Of a DNA stretch of 64,000 nucleotides, positions 27,670 through 38,209 are shown in pieces. The DNA is taken from contig JBBTUH010000002.1 in NCBI GenBank assembly GCA_038063875.1, positions 78,451 through 142,450 of the forward strand. Direction: 5' to 3'. The number at the start of each line of letters is the position of its first letter. The stretch's first letter is position 1. This stretch comes from Patescibacteria group bacterium (lineage in GTDB: Bacteria > Patescibacteriota > Microgenomatia > UBA10105 > UBA927). Under the pieces are notes generated by a model. That model did no database searches, had not been told where the DNA came from, and saw only the letters and a program-made list of their open reading frames with translations. The position numbers and the translations under genes are program-made.

Positions 27670-29303
27670 CTTTTAAGGATAAACTATTCCTTGTTTTAAT
27701 ACTTCTTCTTGCTGCTTTTTTGCGTCTGTATCATATCTCTTCTATACCGCCAGGGATAAACAGAGATGAAGGGAGCATCGGATATACTGCGTACTCGCTT
27801 TTGAAAACAGGCAAAGATGAATATGGCAGAGTATTACCACTCTCATTTGAAAGCTTTGGCGACTGGAAGCTTCCATTATATATATACACGACCATACCGT
27901 TTGTAAAAGTACTAGGCCTTACAGAAGCCGCAGTGAGGCTTCCGTCAGCTATAGCCGGAATACTAACCGTTGGCGCACTCTTTGTACTCGTACGGCTCTT
28001 GTTCCAAAGTACGCCGCTTGCACTACTCTCCGCATTTATCTTAAGTGTCATGCCGTGGCATATACATATATCGCGAGTAGAGAGTGAATCAAACATCGCG
28101 ATACTTCTTTCTACTCTTGCCACAATTGTATTCTTTAAGGCTCTGCGATATAAACGTACATCGATTTTGACACTTGCAGGTATTCTCTTTGCACTCACCT
28201 ATTACACCTATCATGGCAATCATATATTTACGACGATCTACACACTGGGTCTTATTTTCTTATATCGGAATGAGGTATTTGGTATACCGCGATGGTTTGT
28301 CAGTGCCATAGTCTCTGTAGCTCTCGTTGTCATTATTCTTGCATTTACTCTTTTTACCGCTAACAAGACAAAAATATCGGGAATAGGCATATTTGGCGAT
28401 CCAACGATAATTCATTCGCAAATAGAATTACCACGGTTAGCACACGATAGCGCTTCATCGTTTTTTTCGCGACTAATGCACAACAAGACAGTCTATGCAG
28501 TGACTGCCATTGCACAAAATTATCTCAAGTCATACTCTCCGGAATTTCTCTTCATCCAAGGTGGCGGCAATCACGCCCACAATATAAAAGGATATGGAAA
28601 TATGCATCCTGTTGAGAGCATTTTTCTTCTCTTGGGTCTTTGCTTTGCCTTGATCCAAATAAAAAAGAAACAATATTTACTCGTAGTTTGGTGGCTGCTT
28701 GTCGCGGGAATTGCTCCGGCAATCACCAAGGATGCCCCACACTCAAATCGCATGTTTGCCGTAGTTCCTGCACTTTCGATCTTAGTGGCGCTTGGCATAC
28801 AATACGCACACACCTTCATACGAACAAAAAAAACATGGCTCCTCCCACTTATCATGTGTATACTATATGCGGGCTCACTTATCTTATATATAGATGCATA
28901 CTTTATTCACTTTCCCAAAGAAGAAGCAAACTATTGGGGCATAGGCTATAAACAGCTATCTGCAGTAGTAAATAATCCCAAATATCAAAACAGAAATATC
29001 GTCATGACAATGCCTGAAGAATCACCGTATATATACATGGTTTTCTATGGTCTATACGATCCCAGTGTGTATCAAAAACAAGCTGTTCGATACCCAATAT
29101 CTCGTGATGGATTTACGGACGTAAAGGGGTTTGGAAGATTTACATTTCGGCCGATAGATTGGGGGGCTGATACCTCACTACCAAACACGCTTCTTATAAG
29201 CAAAGCAAAGCAAGTCCCTTCATCACTCACTCAGCAAATAATAGATACTATATACTTACCAAATGGGCAGGAGCAATTTATCGTCGTTGATACCGCTAAG
29301 TAA
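27666..29303 (+). CDS. PMT/ArnT-type (GT39-like) GT-C membrane glycosyltransferase (paralog)
   Basis: The start was set at MTFKDKLFLVLILLLAAFLRLY, which gives an ATGA overlap with the YfhO gene's stop. The loop motif is INRDEGSIGYTAYSLLKTGKDEYGRVLPL. Confidence 0.65.
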   Translation: MTFKDKLFLVLILLLAAFLRLYHISSIPPGINRDEGSIGYTAYSLLKTGKDEYGRVLPLSFESFGDWKLPLYIYTTIPFVKVLGLTEAAVRLPSAIAGILTVGALFVLVRLLFQSTPLALLSAFILSVMPWHIHISRVESESNIAILLSTLATIVFFKALRYKRTSILTLAGILFALTYYTYHGNHIFTTIYTLGLIFLYRNEVFGIPRWFVSAIVSVALVVIILAFTLFTANKTKISGIGIFGDPTIIHSQIELPRLAHDSASSFFSRLMHNKTVYAVTAIAQNYLKSYSPEFLFIQGGGNHAHNIKGYGNMHPVESIFLLLGLCFALIQIKKKQYLLVVWWLLVAGIAPAITKDAPHSNRMFAVVPALSILVALGIQYAHTFIRTKKTWLLPLIMCILYAGSLILYIDAYFIHFPKEEANYWGIGYKQLSAVVNNPKYQNRNIVMTMPEESPYIYMVFYGLYDPSVYQKQAVRYPISRDGFTDVKGFGRFTFRPIDWGADTSLPNTLLISKAKQVPSSLTQQIIDTIYLPNGQEQFIVVDTAK

Positions 29304-29306
29304 TAT

Positions 29307-30959
29307 ATGAGACAAAGACATACATTTTTCGCACTGCTTGCTATATTGGCAATCGGAACGTTTTTTCGTTTTTATCGTTTAACCACCGTCCCACCGTCAA
29401 TCTCACACGATGAATCAGCTATAGCATATAACGCGTATTCAATTTTAAAGACTGGTAAGGATGAGTATGGCACACCGTTCCCTTTACTCTTTCGATCATT
29501 TGATGACTACAAATTACCGGGCATGGTCTACTCGAGCATTCCAGCTGTCTCAGTGTTTGGCCGCACAGCCATGGGTGCCCGATTTACCTCAGCGTTTTTT
29601 GGTGTGCTTACACTTCTTGCATTCTATTTTCTGACATATGAATTGATAATAAATCATCGTAATAAAGCACAACTTTATGCGTTAGCAACTACATTTTTCC
29701 TTGCTATATCACCATGGCACATAAACTTTTCTAGGCAATTATTTGAATCAAACGGTGCCCTCTTTTTCATCACTCTATCGACATACACACTGCTAAAATC
29801 ACTAAAAAATATTCGATTTTTGCTCCTCTCATCATTGCTCTTTGGCATATCTGTTTATTTTTATTATTCTGTCAGACTGGTAATCCCATGTATTATCCTT
29901 GCGTACGTTCTTATTAATAAAAAGCAACTACTAGTAAACAAAACCATAGTAATCATATCGGTATTTCTATTTCTTGTAAGCATCTTCCCTGTTGGTACAC
30001 TCATGTTTTCCAAAGACGGTCTTGAACGTGTATCTATAGTCAGTCTTTTAAACGATCCCAATTATCACAAATGGAAGGATGTATTCATAAAGCGGTACGC
30101 AAAAAATCAAAACGTAATAAACAAAATCCTCTTTAATCAAAAAACAGCACTTGGTATGACCGCTATCGATAATTACTGGAAAAATATCACACCACTTCAG
30201 ATTTTTGAAAGCGGCACTGGTCCCTATGGTCTGCAGCACCCATTTGAAATACCCTTGATGTTTATCGGCCTCTTATATCTCTTGCAGTACGCAAATCCTG
30301 CAAAATGGATTCTTATAGCATGGCTATTCTCAGCTTTTTTGCCGGGAGCCCTTAGTACAAATCAACCAAATGCCCTTCGTACATTATTGGCTGCGCCAAT
30401 TTTTTCGTTATTCTCTGGTCTTGGCGCTATAGAGTTTTTGGAAGCTATTGAAAAACGTAAACGATTACTCTTTGGCATAGTGCCGTTTTCACTCAGTATC
30501 ATTTTTTTCATGTATACTTTTTATCAAGCGTACTTTATCGTTAATCCGATCCGAAACGCACTTGGATTTGGAGACGGATACGAACAAATGGTCCAGTATG
30601 TGACAACCAATCAGAAACAATACGACCGTGTTGTAATTTCTGGCTACTATTGGAGACCATATATTTTTATGCTCTATTGGAGTGATATAGATCCACACGA
30701 ATATCAAAAACTAAACGGCTCAAGACACGGATGGGGGAAATATGTATTTACAGGTGCGCAGTGGGACAAAAACGATATTTTTCTTTTATCTCCATCTTAT
30801 GATCCCAAAAAACTTGTCTTATCAACACCAGAAAAAACGCTATTTATATTAGCCAAACCAGAGTTTGATAACAACGCGTCGCGATACCGACAAATAGATA
30901 CAATATCAGGCAGACATGAACCATCGGTTTTCATTGCAGCCCTCAGCAGCCAAAATTAG
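29307..30959 (+). CDS. PMT/ArnT-type (GT39-like) GT-C membrane glycosyltransferase (paralog)
   Basis: The loop motif is PPSISHDESAIAYNAYSILKTGKDEYGTPFPL. The C-terminal segment GFGDGYEQMVQYV is shared with the other paralogs. Confidence 0.65.
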   Translation: MRQRHTFFALLAILAIGTFFRFYRLTTVPPSISHDESAIAYNAYSILKTGKDEYGTPFPLLFRSFDDYKLPGMVYSSIPAVSVFGRTAMGARFTSAFFGVLTLLAFYFLTYELIINHRNKAQLYALATTFFLAISPWHINFSRQLFESNGALFFITLSTYTLLKSLKNIRFLLLSSLLFGISVYFYYSVRLVIPCIILAYVLINKKQLLVNKTIVIISVFLFLVSIFPVGTLMFSKDGLERVSIVSLLNDPNYHKWKDVFIKRYAKNQNVINKILFNQKTALGMTAIDNYWKNITPLQIFESGTGPYGLQHPFEIPLMFIGLLYLLQYANPAKWILIAWLFSAFLPGALSTNQPNALRTLLAAPIFSLFSGLGAIEFLEAIEKRKRLLFGIVPFSLSIIFFMYTFYQAYFIVNPIRNALGFGDGYEQMVQYVTTNQKQYDRVVISGYYWRPYIFMLYWSDIDPHEYQKLNGSRHGWGKYVFTGAQWDKNDIFLLSPSYDPKKLVLSTPEKTLFILAKPEFDNNASRYRQIDTISGRHEPSVFIAALSSQN

Positions 30960-31825
30960 CTTTTTATTTTTTCTGCAAGTACGACCATGTTATCCATCAT
31001 TGGTATATAAACAGGCAAGCGAGCAAAAATCGTATTACCAACCAAACGATAGAGATATGAAGCAACTTTACTCTCGCCTGTCGTGCGACCCAGATGCAAC
31101 ACATACCCAAGACTCAACCATTTCCCGATCCTATACCATTGTACTGGCTTTAAACCAGCTCTCCTTAGAGCCTCGGTCAAAGTAATACGATCAAAAAAGA
31201 ATAAGTGCTGAGGAGGGATAAAAAACGTCCACCGACGACCGAATATTCTGGCTGCAAAACTTTTCATATCTCCTGTGGCGATAATCATTACCCCATCGTC
31301 TGAAAGATAATTCGTAAGCTTTACGATATCGCCAATAGGATCGGATAAATGTTCAAATACATCAAACAAACTGATCACATCAAATGATTTTGCTTTGTAT
31401 GAAACCTCAGTAATCAACCCTTGTTTAATTCGTTTGTCTCCAACAAGCTTTTTTGCCTCTAAAACGGCGTGTTCTGATGCATCGAATCCATACGCATCAT
31501 AGCCATACTGCAACGCAAGCTCTACCGCATATCCATATGCGCATCCTACATCAAGAAATGTTCCACTTGGTTTACGATTTCTAATACATCGCAAAAATTT
31601 TTCTAAATTCTTTGTAATGTACGTCTTATCGCGACCATAATCTGCATACGCACTGCGAGTCGCGTCACCAGTGAAATACCCTCGAGAATAGTGCTTTTCT
31701 ACGAACGTTTCATATTTTTGTTTAAGATCCGTTCGTATAAGACCACAGGAGACGCACTCATAAAGGTCGAACCCATTCTTATGAAGATACATTCGCGTTG
31801 GAGAGGTACAAAGGTAGCATTTCAT
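30956..31825 (-). CDS. Class I SAM-dependent methyltransferase with an N-terminal Cys4 zinc-ribbon
   Basis: It has an N-terminal CxxC...CxxC in CYLCTSPTRMYLHKNGFDLYECVSCG. It also has the methyltransferase motif I, LDVGCAYGYAVELA. Confidence 0.7.
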   Translation of the reverse strand: MKCYLCTSPTRMYLHKNGFDLYECVSCGLIRTDLKQKYETFVEKHYSRGYFTGDATRSAYADYGRDKTYITKNLEKFLRCIRNRKPSGTFLDVGCAYGYAVELALQYGYDAYGFDASEHAVLEAKKLVGDKRIKQGLITEVSYKAKSFDVISLFDVFEHLSDPIGDIVKLTNYLSDDGVMIIATGDMKSFAARIFGRRWTFFIPPQHLFFFDRITLTEALRRAGLKPVQWYRIGKWLSLGYVLHLGRTTGESKVASYLYRLVGNTIFARLPVYIPMMDNMVVLAEKIKS

Positions 31826-32754
31826 ACACGTACAGATAGCTCACCATCAGTACGCTTCCATAATGTAGCCACACGGTAGCGGCAAGCATATATCGCAGGC
31901 AACCGTACAAATGCCCGTATAAATCCTAACACCATCATAAAATCGCCTCTTAAAACAGCTTGCAGTAATCGTATAGGGGTCCATACGGCATGTGCGAGCA
32001 ATACACGAGAGTCCGATGCATTCTTCCAAATGAATTCAAATTGATTTCTATAGACAATTTGTTTGACTGCATTTGGAGAGAAACTTGTCTTTATCTTACC
32101 TTGATGATGGAAGTGCCCCACGATACTCTTTGGTTCAAACAATGTTTGATACCCAGCCTTACGTGCCGTATATGACAAATCTATATCCTCCCAATAAAAT
32201 GGATTAAACAGTGGATCCATGCCGCCAAGTTCGTTCCAAATACTCTTTCTATATGCGCCACTACCACCAGATACCCATGCAGTAGCCCCAGAGATAATCG
32301 CACCTTTACTGTGTATGAAATACCCCTTTTCCCATCGAGACAAACCTCTTCCTCTCTCTACCATGCCATTTTTCTCATGACTTTGTTCTAGACACCCTAC
32401 AGCGAAAACTGTTTCATCATCAAAGTGTGGTAAAAGAGCATCAAGAAAGTCTTCTTTTGGTCGCACATCAGTATTTAGCAAAACAACGATTTCACCAGTC
32501 GCTTTTTTCACACCGCTGTTTATATTACTAGAAAACCCTTGCTGTTTTTTATTAGAAACTATTGTGATTTGCGGAAAATTCATTTTTATCATCGCAATTG
32601 ACTCGTCCGTCGAAGCGTCATCAGCTACAATAATTTGTGCACCTTTTGAAGCAGCGATGACTGCTGGTAAATTTTTCGCCAACAAAACTTCACCGTTCCA
32701 GTTTGGCAACACAATACTCACGCTATATTTCCCCACTTTTTTCATAAATATCAT
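31822..32754 (-). CDS. GT2-family glycosyltransferase
   Basis: Motifs seen are YSVSIVLPNWNGEVLL and IIVADDASTDES. Confidence 0.75.
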   Translation of the reverse strand: MIFMKKVGKYSVSIVLPNWNGEVLLAKNLPAVIAASKGAQIIVADDASTDESIAMIKMNFPQITIVSNKKQQGFSSNINSGVKKATGEIVVLLNTDVRPKEDFLDALLPHFDDETVFAVGCLEQSHEKNGMVERGRGLSRWEKGYFIHSKGAIISGATAWVSGGSGAYRKSIWNELGGMDPLFNPFYWEDIDLSYTARKAGYQTLFEPKSIVGHFHHQGKIKTSFSPNAVKQIVYRNQFEFIWKNASDSRVLLAHAVWTPIRLLQAVLRGDFMMVLGFIRAFVRLPAIYACRYRVATLWKRTDGELSVRV

Positions 32755-32755
32755 C

Positions 32756-34861
32756 TTACAACGGTCTGTATGATAATTCCACAGTATGCTTTCCTTCTGG
32801 CACCTCTATTCCTTGAAAAATACTATTCACTTTAAAAATCGGTGCTTTGGTTCCATCAATCGTTGTTGTCCAGCCACGATCATATCTATTAAGAATAACG
32901 AGGACTCGTGAAGAAATAGTTGATGTGATAATAGTCAATTTGTTATCTGAGTAATATTCTATTGATGAAAATTCATTCGCTAAAGCATTTTTTATATATA
33001 CCCGATCAAGACTTTTTGTATACTGATAGACCTTTGTCTCACCCTCCTCAAATACTTTCACAAAATTTGGATTATCTATCAAAGAGAGAGAAAGTACATA
33101 GCGAACATTTAAATACGGTAATGCCGGATTATCCAAATCATGAAGAGTAAATATTCGCTGTAACGCAATAGAACTCTTTTGATCACCATAAAGAAATGAA
33201 GCATAATCGATAGGATATAAAGGGTCATATCCTTCTATCGTTTCTATACCATAATATCCACTCACATTGGGGGGCAATATTCTATCATCCATACTCATGA
33301 CACGAAAGGGTTTCGGCTGCGCCTGCAAAAATGAAATAACTTTAGTTTGAGGAAAGAAATATTCTTTGGGGGTGAAAGGCGTGAATTTCCACCCAAATCG
33401 AAAAAGATCGACGAGTGAGAAAAGAACAATGCACGCTACAACAATCGTTGTAACACTTTTTTTATATATCTTCTGTATGAGAAATAGTGCGCCCAATACA
33501 CATAAGAGTGTTAGTGGTATAAACAGATTACGTGTGGCAACTGCAAGATTGGTAATCGTTTCCGCATTACTACTCGTACGACTTACATACGTTACTATCA
33601 AACATAGTAGTAAAAATAAGAACGCGATAATACCGTAGGACACATACAAACGCTTAGTTTTATGCGTTATAAACGCTTCTAAACCAAAAGCCGTTAAAAT
33701 AGCCAGTGATAAATCAACGAGTACGATAAGCCTTGTCGGTTGGAGTGATGAGAATATTGGAATCTGCAGACTATACAACGCGTGCGTCAACGGACTATCT
33801 ATCATCAATAATAAAGAAATAATACCCACCCAACTCCAAAACATACTAACACCAGCGATAAATAAAGAAGACAGAGCAAAAATTAAAGGTATTATCCCTA
33901 TATATCCTATAAATTCTCCATAATTCCACACGCCATAATAATTAAGTGTCGCTGGATTACCAAAAAAGTCAGGCACGACAAACTGTATGAGATGGGAAGC
34001 GGGCATCAACCATCCAGAAATCGTTGAAAGCTGTGTGGCGTTTGATCGGGCGGTTGAAAGATAAAATTGTATAAATGGCTTCCACACTGGATACGACCCA
34101 ATAAGCAATATCGTCGTCGAAAACAATATGAACAAAAACACTTCTTTTTTCCTTACTCGTCTCATGCGATATATAGCGTAAAAAAATGAAATACCTAATC
34201 CGTAAAGAGCAATTTGTACGTGCCCTGATACAACCATGAAAACCAAAACCAGCCCGATGCCGATTGACCATAGTACGTGAGGCACCACCCTATCTATTGC
34301 ATACAATATAAGAGGAATACAGAGAGCTACCCATCCAATCGTCCCCCACGTAAGCCACGCAATAGAAAATCCACAAAAAGCCCATACCATAGCACCTACA
34401 TACGCGCTTGTCGTCGATAATGAAAGATTTTTTAAATAAAGATATAAAAATAGAGCACCAAATAAAGGCTGAAGCACAATCACCAAAGTCCACGCATTCG
34501 GAAAATCTAAAAAGCCAAAAAGTACATTTATCGGCTGATATATACCAGCTTGTATATTGGCAGCCATTGGGACCCCAAGAAAGTTGTACGGATTCCATGC
34601 TGGTATCTCTCGTATCTTCCATTGATCAATAGCAATTTTACGCCAAGGAATCTGTTGGCGAACTGGGTCAGTGATAAGAAAGTTCTTGAAAGGCACTCCT
34701 CGGGGATTGGTTGCGGCATATAAATCTCGCCATGGATGATACAACCCGACAAGGCTGTCTGTAGGTACTGGAAGCAATCCGTATAGTATAGTTTTATAAA
34801 AAAACACGCCTATCGAAAAAACAATAAAAAAATATGGCAATAGGAATAATACGCGTTTCAT
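32756..34861 (-). CDS. YfhO-family membrane protein (paralog)
   Basis: The N-terminal segment is GLLPVPTDSLVGLYHPWRD...IPWRKIAIDQWKIREIPAWNPYNFLGVPMAANIQAGIYQPIN, paralogous to genes 25336..27669 and 35888..38209. Confidence 0.65.
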   Translation of the reverse strand: MKRVLFLLPYFFIVFSIGVFFYKTILYGLLPVPTDSLVGLYHPWRDLYAATNPRGVPFKNFLITDPVRQQIPWRKIAIDQWKIREIPAWNPYNFLGVPMAANIQAGIYQPINVLFGFLDFPNAWTLVIVLQPLFGALFLYLYLKNLSLSTTSAYVGAMVWAFCGFSIAWLTWGTIGWVALCIPLILYAIDRVVPHVLWSIGIGLVLVFMVVSGHVQIALYGLGISFFYAIYRMRRVRKKEVFLFILFSTTILLIGSYPVWKPFIQFYLSTARSNATQLSTISGWLMPASHLIQFVVPDFFGNPATLNYYGVWNYGEFIGYIGIIPLIFALSSLFIAGVSMFWSWVGIISLLLMIDSPLTHALYSLQIPIFSSLQPTRLIVLVDLSLAILTAFGLEAFITHKTKRLYVSYGIIAFLFLLLCLIVTYVSRTSSNAETITNLAVATRNLFIPLTLLCVLGALFLIQKIYKKSVTTIVVACIVLFSLVDLFRFGWKFTPFTPKEYFFPQTKVISFLQAQPKPFRVMSMDDRILPPNVSGYYGIETIEGYDPLYPIDYASFLYGDQKSSIALQRIFTLHDLDNPALPYLNVRYVLSLSLIDNPNFVKVFEEGETKVYQYTKSLDRVYIKNALANEFSSIEYYSDNKLTIITSTISSRVLVILNRYDRGWTTTIDGTKAPIFKVNSIFQGIEVPEGKHTVELSYRPL

Positions 34862-34866
34862 GATTA

Positions 34867-35907
34867 TTACGAATAGGTGTGCAAAAGTTTGTCAAAAGCG
34901 TTTGTAAACATACTGGTTGAATATTTCTCACCTATAGCTTTGGCGTTCTTGCCTAATCGTGTCATGAGACCTTTATCCTCTATTACCCTAAGCGTTTTAT
35001 CGACACACTCCTCTAGGGTAACAAAAAGAAATCCATTTTTGTTTTCCTGTACTATCTCTATTTGACCACCACCGCGATACACGACAGGCACTACTGCGGC
35101 ACTCATAGCTTCTACAGTAGATATGCCAAAATGCTCCATAAACCTCGGCTCTGTTTCCCCGAAACCAGCTGCGTGCCAATATATCGATGCACGCTGATAC
35201 AATCGCATAATTTCTTCATGCGATATATTCGGTAAGATATCGATCGCATGCCCCTTAGAAAGGTTTGTAAGCGTGTTAAAATACGAAAGATCAGACTCGA
35301 GTAATCCTCCAGCTAAAACTAAACGCCATCCTTTTTGTTTTGATTCCAGTTGGATAAATGCTCGAATCATGTCTTCTTGTTTTTTGGCTGTATGGTATGC
35401 AGTAAATCTACCGATAGATAAAATTATTTTTTCTTTTGCAAGCTTTGATGTTGGGATCATATCCGTGGGTGGATAAATAACGATCGATGTATCAGAAAGT
35501 TTGCGATCCAAATTATCTTTCGTAAATAAAGAATTGCACACGATAGTATCCATACGCGATAAATGAAACGATGTTGTTTTTATGACACCAAAGGGAACTT
35601 GAAAATGTAAAATATTATGTTTTGCAAAGGACAACGGCACGCTGCCATCACTCAAAAAAAATATTACATCGTACCCCAAACTGACTCGCACCTTTATAAA
35701 CGCATTTTTTCCGGAAAAAATATTTGGAGTGACATGAACTCTTGAGAGATCTAACCCAAACCTATCCTGACTTTTCTGCACTATTGAGGGATCGTCCCAA
35801 AAAAGAAACACATCATGATCTTTTGACCAGTGACTGGCAAGGGTAAGCGTGTAGCGTTCACCACCACCGAAACCATCAAAATATGGATTATAAAAGCCTA
35901 TTTTCAT
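34867..35907 (-). CDS. GT4-family (GT-B fold) glycosyltransferase
   Basis: The C-terminal segment is GFGETEPRFMEHFGISTVEAMSAAVVPVVYRGGGQIEIV (E-X7-E-like). Confidence 0.65.
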   Translation of the reverse strand: MKIGFYNPYFDGFGGGERYTLTLASHWSKDHDVFLFWDDPSIVQKSQDRFGLDLSRVHVTPNIFSGKNAFIKVRVSLGYDVIFFLSDGSVPLSFAKHNILHFQVPFGVIKTTSFHLSRMDTIVCNSLFTKDNLDRKLSDTSIVIYPPTDMIPTSKLAKEKIILSIGRFTAYHTAKKQEDMIRAFIQLESKQKGWRLVLAGGLLESDLSYFNTLTNLSKGHAIDILPNISHEEIMRLYQRASIYWHAAGFGETEPRFMEHFGISTVEAMSAAVVPVVYRGGGQIEIVQENKNGFLFVTLEECVDKTLRVIEDKGLMTRLGKNAKAIGEKYSTSMFTNAFDKLLHTYS

Positions 35908-38209
35908 ACTTTCTTATATAGAAAGACCCTAAAATTATACCAACGAGACTAAGAAACGCGAAACCATATCCCCACTTCAAACTATCGGGCGCATAGTAAA
36001 ACTCAACTATGTGTTCACCGTGGGAAAGTGCCACAGCACGGAATGTGTAGTTTGCCCTGTATATAGGCGTACTCAGACCGTCTATAGACGCCTTCCAACC
36101 CGTATCATAGCTATCAGACAAGAACAATAGCTTTGGCACATCACTCTTTGTGTTTATAACAATTCGCTCGGGCATATATGAGATGATGATCGCTTCTCCA
36201 TTTCCTTCCAATGGCTCTATGATGGGCTTACTCTCTAAAACGACCGTAGTACGTCTGTCCGTATCTTTTGAAAACATCGTGTCTAATATCTCCGGCTTTT
36301 CAGTGGCTATTTTGTACTTTGACGCGAGAAACGCTCTAGGATATGCCTTGGCATTTTCAAATATCTCATATGTTTCATCCTTCCATATAGATTGATATTG
36401 TGGATATTCCCAAAAAGGATACGCCCACGAGAATCGTCCATCACTAAATTTATGCAGATAGTATGAAACACCCAATAGCTCTAACGCATCCTGTGTATGA
36501 GGGCCGTGTTTATCTAATATGGCGACTGACCGCGACGGTATATTGAGCTGACCATTTGATAAATATGATATAAACTCACCATAGCGTCTTTTATGCATCG
36601 CATCATATCCTTCTAAAGAAGATATGTTATACATACCCCCAAGCTCATTTCCATAATTTCCTACCACTCGAAGCGGAGCGTTTACACCAAGCTCATCAAG
36701 TTTTTTGGTTACGGGCATTTGGGGATATAAAAACTCTTTTGGTTCAAAGGGCATCCATTTAGACGCAAACCGCAAAAGATCAACCATACTGATACCTATA
36801 AGCACACACAATATAAGCCGTCGCTTACTCTTGTGAATATATGCACCTACTACAGTCATACTGATAAGTGTGATAAGAAAAACACTCGGCAATACCGTAT
36901 TACGCATTGCGATACTAAGTTTATCTGGGGAAAGTGGACGAAAAATTAATAGGACACCCCATACGATTACCAAAAACATCACTCCAAAGATAGCAAAAAA
37001 CCATACATCTTTTTTCTTAGCTTTACCCCATATAACGGCCAGTGCGTCGACTCCAAAAGCGGCAAGCACCGATAAAGAAAAGCTCGTCAAAATGATTATG
37101 CGTGACGCAGCGCTCGTTGAGAGCACGGGTATATGAGCCGCATACATAAGATCAGTAAGTATTGTTGGCGTCGCCAGTAACAACGATGTGCCTGCAAGAA
37201 GACCAAAAAAGCTCTTGTTTTTTTCTTTTGCTTTTATCGCAAATAGTCCTAAAAATAATGGAATAACCCCTATAAACCCTGCCCACTCAGCATAGTGACC
37301 AAACCAATCGTTTCGTGTGACAGGATTGCCATAAAAATCAGGAGCAAAGAGCGTTATTACATACATCCATGGAATAATTTCGCCCTTGATAAAACTTGAG
37401 CTACGAACTGTTTCCTTAAACGCATCGTATGTGATAAACAGTTGATTGCTAGTAGCAAGTACACCAAGAATGATGAATAAAACTATATATAGAATCTGCT
37501 TATATTTTTGTTTCGCGCACCCGCTGTAAAGAGCATAGATAGTGGTAGCTATCAAAACATAAAGACTCGTTTGAAAGTGTCCTGAAACAAGAGAGAACCA
37601 CACCGCCAAAGATACTAATGGATACGCCCACCATTTTTTATCGTTAAGCGCCATGTTTACCGCATAAAAACAGAGCGGCAATACCAGTGCTGCAAAACCG
37701 AGTGTCCCATATGCCATCCATGTCACGAGAAACCCGCAAAACATAAACGACACTGATCCGATGATGCAAGCCTCTTTGGAAAGAGTTTCACTCTTCAAAA
37801 AAAGGTACATAAAAAACCCTGCCAAAAGTGGCTGCAACAAGATAGAAATACTCCATGCAGTAGGAGAAGAAAAAATAAAATATAATATATTAATGGGTGA
37901 AAACACAGCCGTTTGATAATTCGCCGCATGCACAGTCCCTGAAAAACTCAATGGATTCCACAATGGGATTTGACCACGTTTAAAGCTTTCTATCGTTATG
38001 TGCTTCCATGGATATATTTGTGTAATGACATCAGGCATGGATCCGCTCTTGACCGGCATAGCATAAGTAGTACTCCACGGGGCAAAGTTCGTCACGAGAT
38101 ACTTCGTGGGAAACGGCAATAAACCTTTTATAATAAAGGGCGATGAAAAAATGATCCACGCGACAAGGATACAAAATAATCCCCAATATCTATAAAACAT
38201 TTTTTTCAT
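35888..38209 (-). CDS. YfhO-family membrane protein (paralog)
   Basis: The N-terminal segment is KGLLPFPTKYLVTNFAPWS...YPWKHITIESFKRGQIPLWNPLSFSGTVHAANYQTAVFSPIN. The protein is 773 aa. Confidence 0.65.
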   Translation of the reverse strand: MKKMFYRYWGLFCILVAWIIFSSPFIIKGLLPFPTKYLVTNFAPWSTTYAMPVKSGSMPDVITQIYPWKHITIESFKRGQIPLWNPLSFSGTVHAANYQTAVFSPINILYFIFSSPTAWSISILLQPLLAGFFMYLFLKSETLSKEACIIGSVSFMFCGFLVTWMAYGTLGFAALVLPLCFYAVNMALNDKKWWAYPLVSLAVWFSLVSGHFQTSLYVLIATTIYALYSGCAKQKYKQILYIVLFIILGVLATSNQLFITYDAFKETVRSSSFIKGEIIPWMYVITLFAPDFYGNPVTRNDWFGHYAEWAGFIGVIPLFLGLFAIKAKEKNKSFFGLLAGTSLLLATPTILTDLMYAAHIPVLSTSAASRIIILTSFSLSVLAAFGVDALAVIWGKAKKKDVWFFAIFGVMFLVIVWGVLLIFRPLSPDKLSIAMRNTVLPSVFLITLISMTVVGAYIHKSKRRLILCVLIGISMVDLLRFASKWMPFEPKEFLYPQMPVTKKLDELGVNAPLRVVGNYGNELGGMYNISSLEGYDAMHKRRYGEFISYLSNGQLNIPSRSVAILDKHGPHTQDALELLGVSYYLHKFSDGRFSWAYPFWEYPQYQSIWKDETYEIFENAKAYPRAFLASKYKIATEKPEILDTMFSKDTDRRTTVVLESKPIIEPLEGNGEAIIISYMPERIVINTKSDVPKLLFLSDSYDTGWKASIDGLSTPIYRANYTFRAVALSHGEHIVEFYYAPDSLKWGYGFAFLSLVGIILGSFYIRKYENRLL

